32,941 bases of DNA from assembly GCA_002269645.1 (NCBI GenBank), contig NIVC01000457.1:1-32941 (forward strand), read 5' to 3'. Every line of letters begins with the position of its first letter. Within the stretch, counting starts at the first letter, position 1. The translations under genes and the position numbers were made by a program. Below the pieces are notes generated by a model. The model made no database searches, was not told the origin of the DNA, and worked only from the letters and a program-made list of their open reading frames with translations. The stretch is from Macrostomum lignano. Taxonomy: Eukaryota. Positions 31,805-32,941 of the stretch are shown here, in pieces.

Positions 31805-32350
31805 GAGGGAGATTTGAGGGAGATTGGGAGAAGAGAGATTAGGGAAGTTTGAGGGAGATTGGGAGAAGAGAGATTAGGGAAGTTTGAGGGAGATTGGGAG
31901 AAGAGAGATTGGGGAAGTTTGAGGGAGATTGGGAGAAGAGAGATTGGGGAAGTTTGAGGGAGATTGGGAGAAGAGAGATTAGGGGAGTTTGAGGGAGATT
32001 GGGAGAAGAGAGATTAGGGAAGTTTGAGGGAGATTGGGAGAAGAGAGATTAGGGAAGTTTGAGGGAGATTGGGAGAAGAGAGATTGGGGGAGTTTGAGGG
32101 AGATTGGGAGAAGAGAGATTGGGGGAGTTTGAGGGAGATTGGGAGAAGAGAGATTAGGGAAGTTTGAGGGAGATTGGGAGAAGAGAGATTGGGGAAGTTT
32201 GAGGGAGATTGAGAGAAGAGAGATTGGGGAAGTTTGAGGGAGATTGGGAGAAGAGAGATTAGGGAAGTTTGAGGGAGATTGGGAGAAGAGAGATTGGGGA
32301 AGTTTGAGGGAGATTGGGAGAAGAGAGATTGGGGAAGTTTGAGGGAGATT
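31805..32350. repeat. 35-bp purine-rich minisatellite (GAGGGAGATTGGGAGAAGAGAGATTRGGGAAGTTT)
   Basis: Period 35 (31816, 31851); about 15 copies. Confidence 0.95.
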
Positions 32351-32779
32351 GAGAGAGGAGAAATTGCGGGAAATTGAAGTGAGAAGACCCCGAGTTGTTG
32401 TGCTATTTATTAATTAGCAAGCAGCTGAGGAGGCAGCAATCAGTATGCCAATGGTGCCATAACTACTCTCGGCAGCATCTGCACTCCTCACTGTAGCTGC
32501 TGCAGACGCCAGCCAATAGGAGGCGAGCTGGCATCTGATTGGCCGATGAAAACGAAAGCCCTCTTCCCCAGGTTAATCAGGGAGAAAACTAAGCGATCCA
32601 AGGATGATAATATGTCAATTTGCTTGTTGCTTTGCCCAAAAAGGCAAGAAACTAGCAAAATTTACCGCTCGCTTTTGTTTGCTTCTTCTTCTGCAAAGAT
32701 AAAAGATAAAGAAATTCTGGCTAGGTGAAAAGAATGATCATATTTTTGAATAGAACTTTTTCATTAACGACTCGTCCCA

Positions 32780-32939
32780 ATGAAGATTACACAGCTCGTG
32801 AGCTTCTGCATCATATCAGCCGCTGGAGCGGCTTCCGCTTTGGCTGTGGGATTCGGGTTCGCAGGCTGGAGGCGGCGGCTTCCACATCGGTGAGGTGGCA
32901 TTCTGGCTGCTCAACTTGAAATCCACGACGATAGATATT
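32780..32939. CDS. GC-rich coding-like segment at window edge, strand ambiguous
   Basis: Plus 32780-32889: MKITQLVSFCIISAAGAASALAVGFGFAGWRRRLPH+cg|GTGAGG (signal/anchor-like first exon). Minus 32939-32811: NIYRRGFQVEQPECHLTDVEAAASSLRTRIPQPKRKPLQRLI* (GC3-rich, open to the edge). Cannot decide between them. Confidence 0.3.
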
Positions 32940-32941
32940 GT

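Overview
Eukaryotic (animal-like) genomic DNA with spliceosomal introns, GC-rich exons and AT-rich spacers; no prokaryotic features and no CRISPR. I reconstructed by hand, with splice phases consistent throughout: (1) the first coding exon of a CKS1/Suc1-family gene on the minus strand (1957-2036; the rest lies outside the window); (2) a TTLL6/TTLL13-type tubulin polyglutamylase on the plus strand (~3.06-18.80 kb, at least 13 coding exons, one GC-AG intron, 5' end unresolved); (3) a complete 7-exon STPG2-like PG-rich-repeat gene (21134-28048, 585 aa). Right of 29.9 kb there are only low-confidence exon candidates. About a third of the window is tandem repeat: 21 arrays, with an array in 12 of the 13 introns longer than 200 nt. 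There are two MITEs with clean 8-bp target-site duplications (hAT-type), a related truncated element carrying a 21-bp array, and a degenerate tRNA-like (SINE-head) element. The most unusual points are a candidate 25-nt intron, a TTLL6 reading frame with no obvious start codon, the intron-specific minisatellite inflation, and repeat units with internal palindromes. The pattern resembles a flatworm-type genome, but the taxon cannot be established from the sequence. I did not find a demonstrably new biological system; the findings are testable hypotheses.
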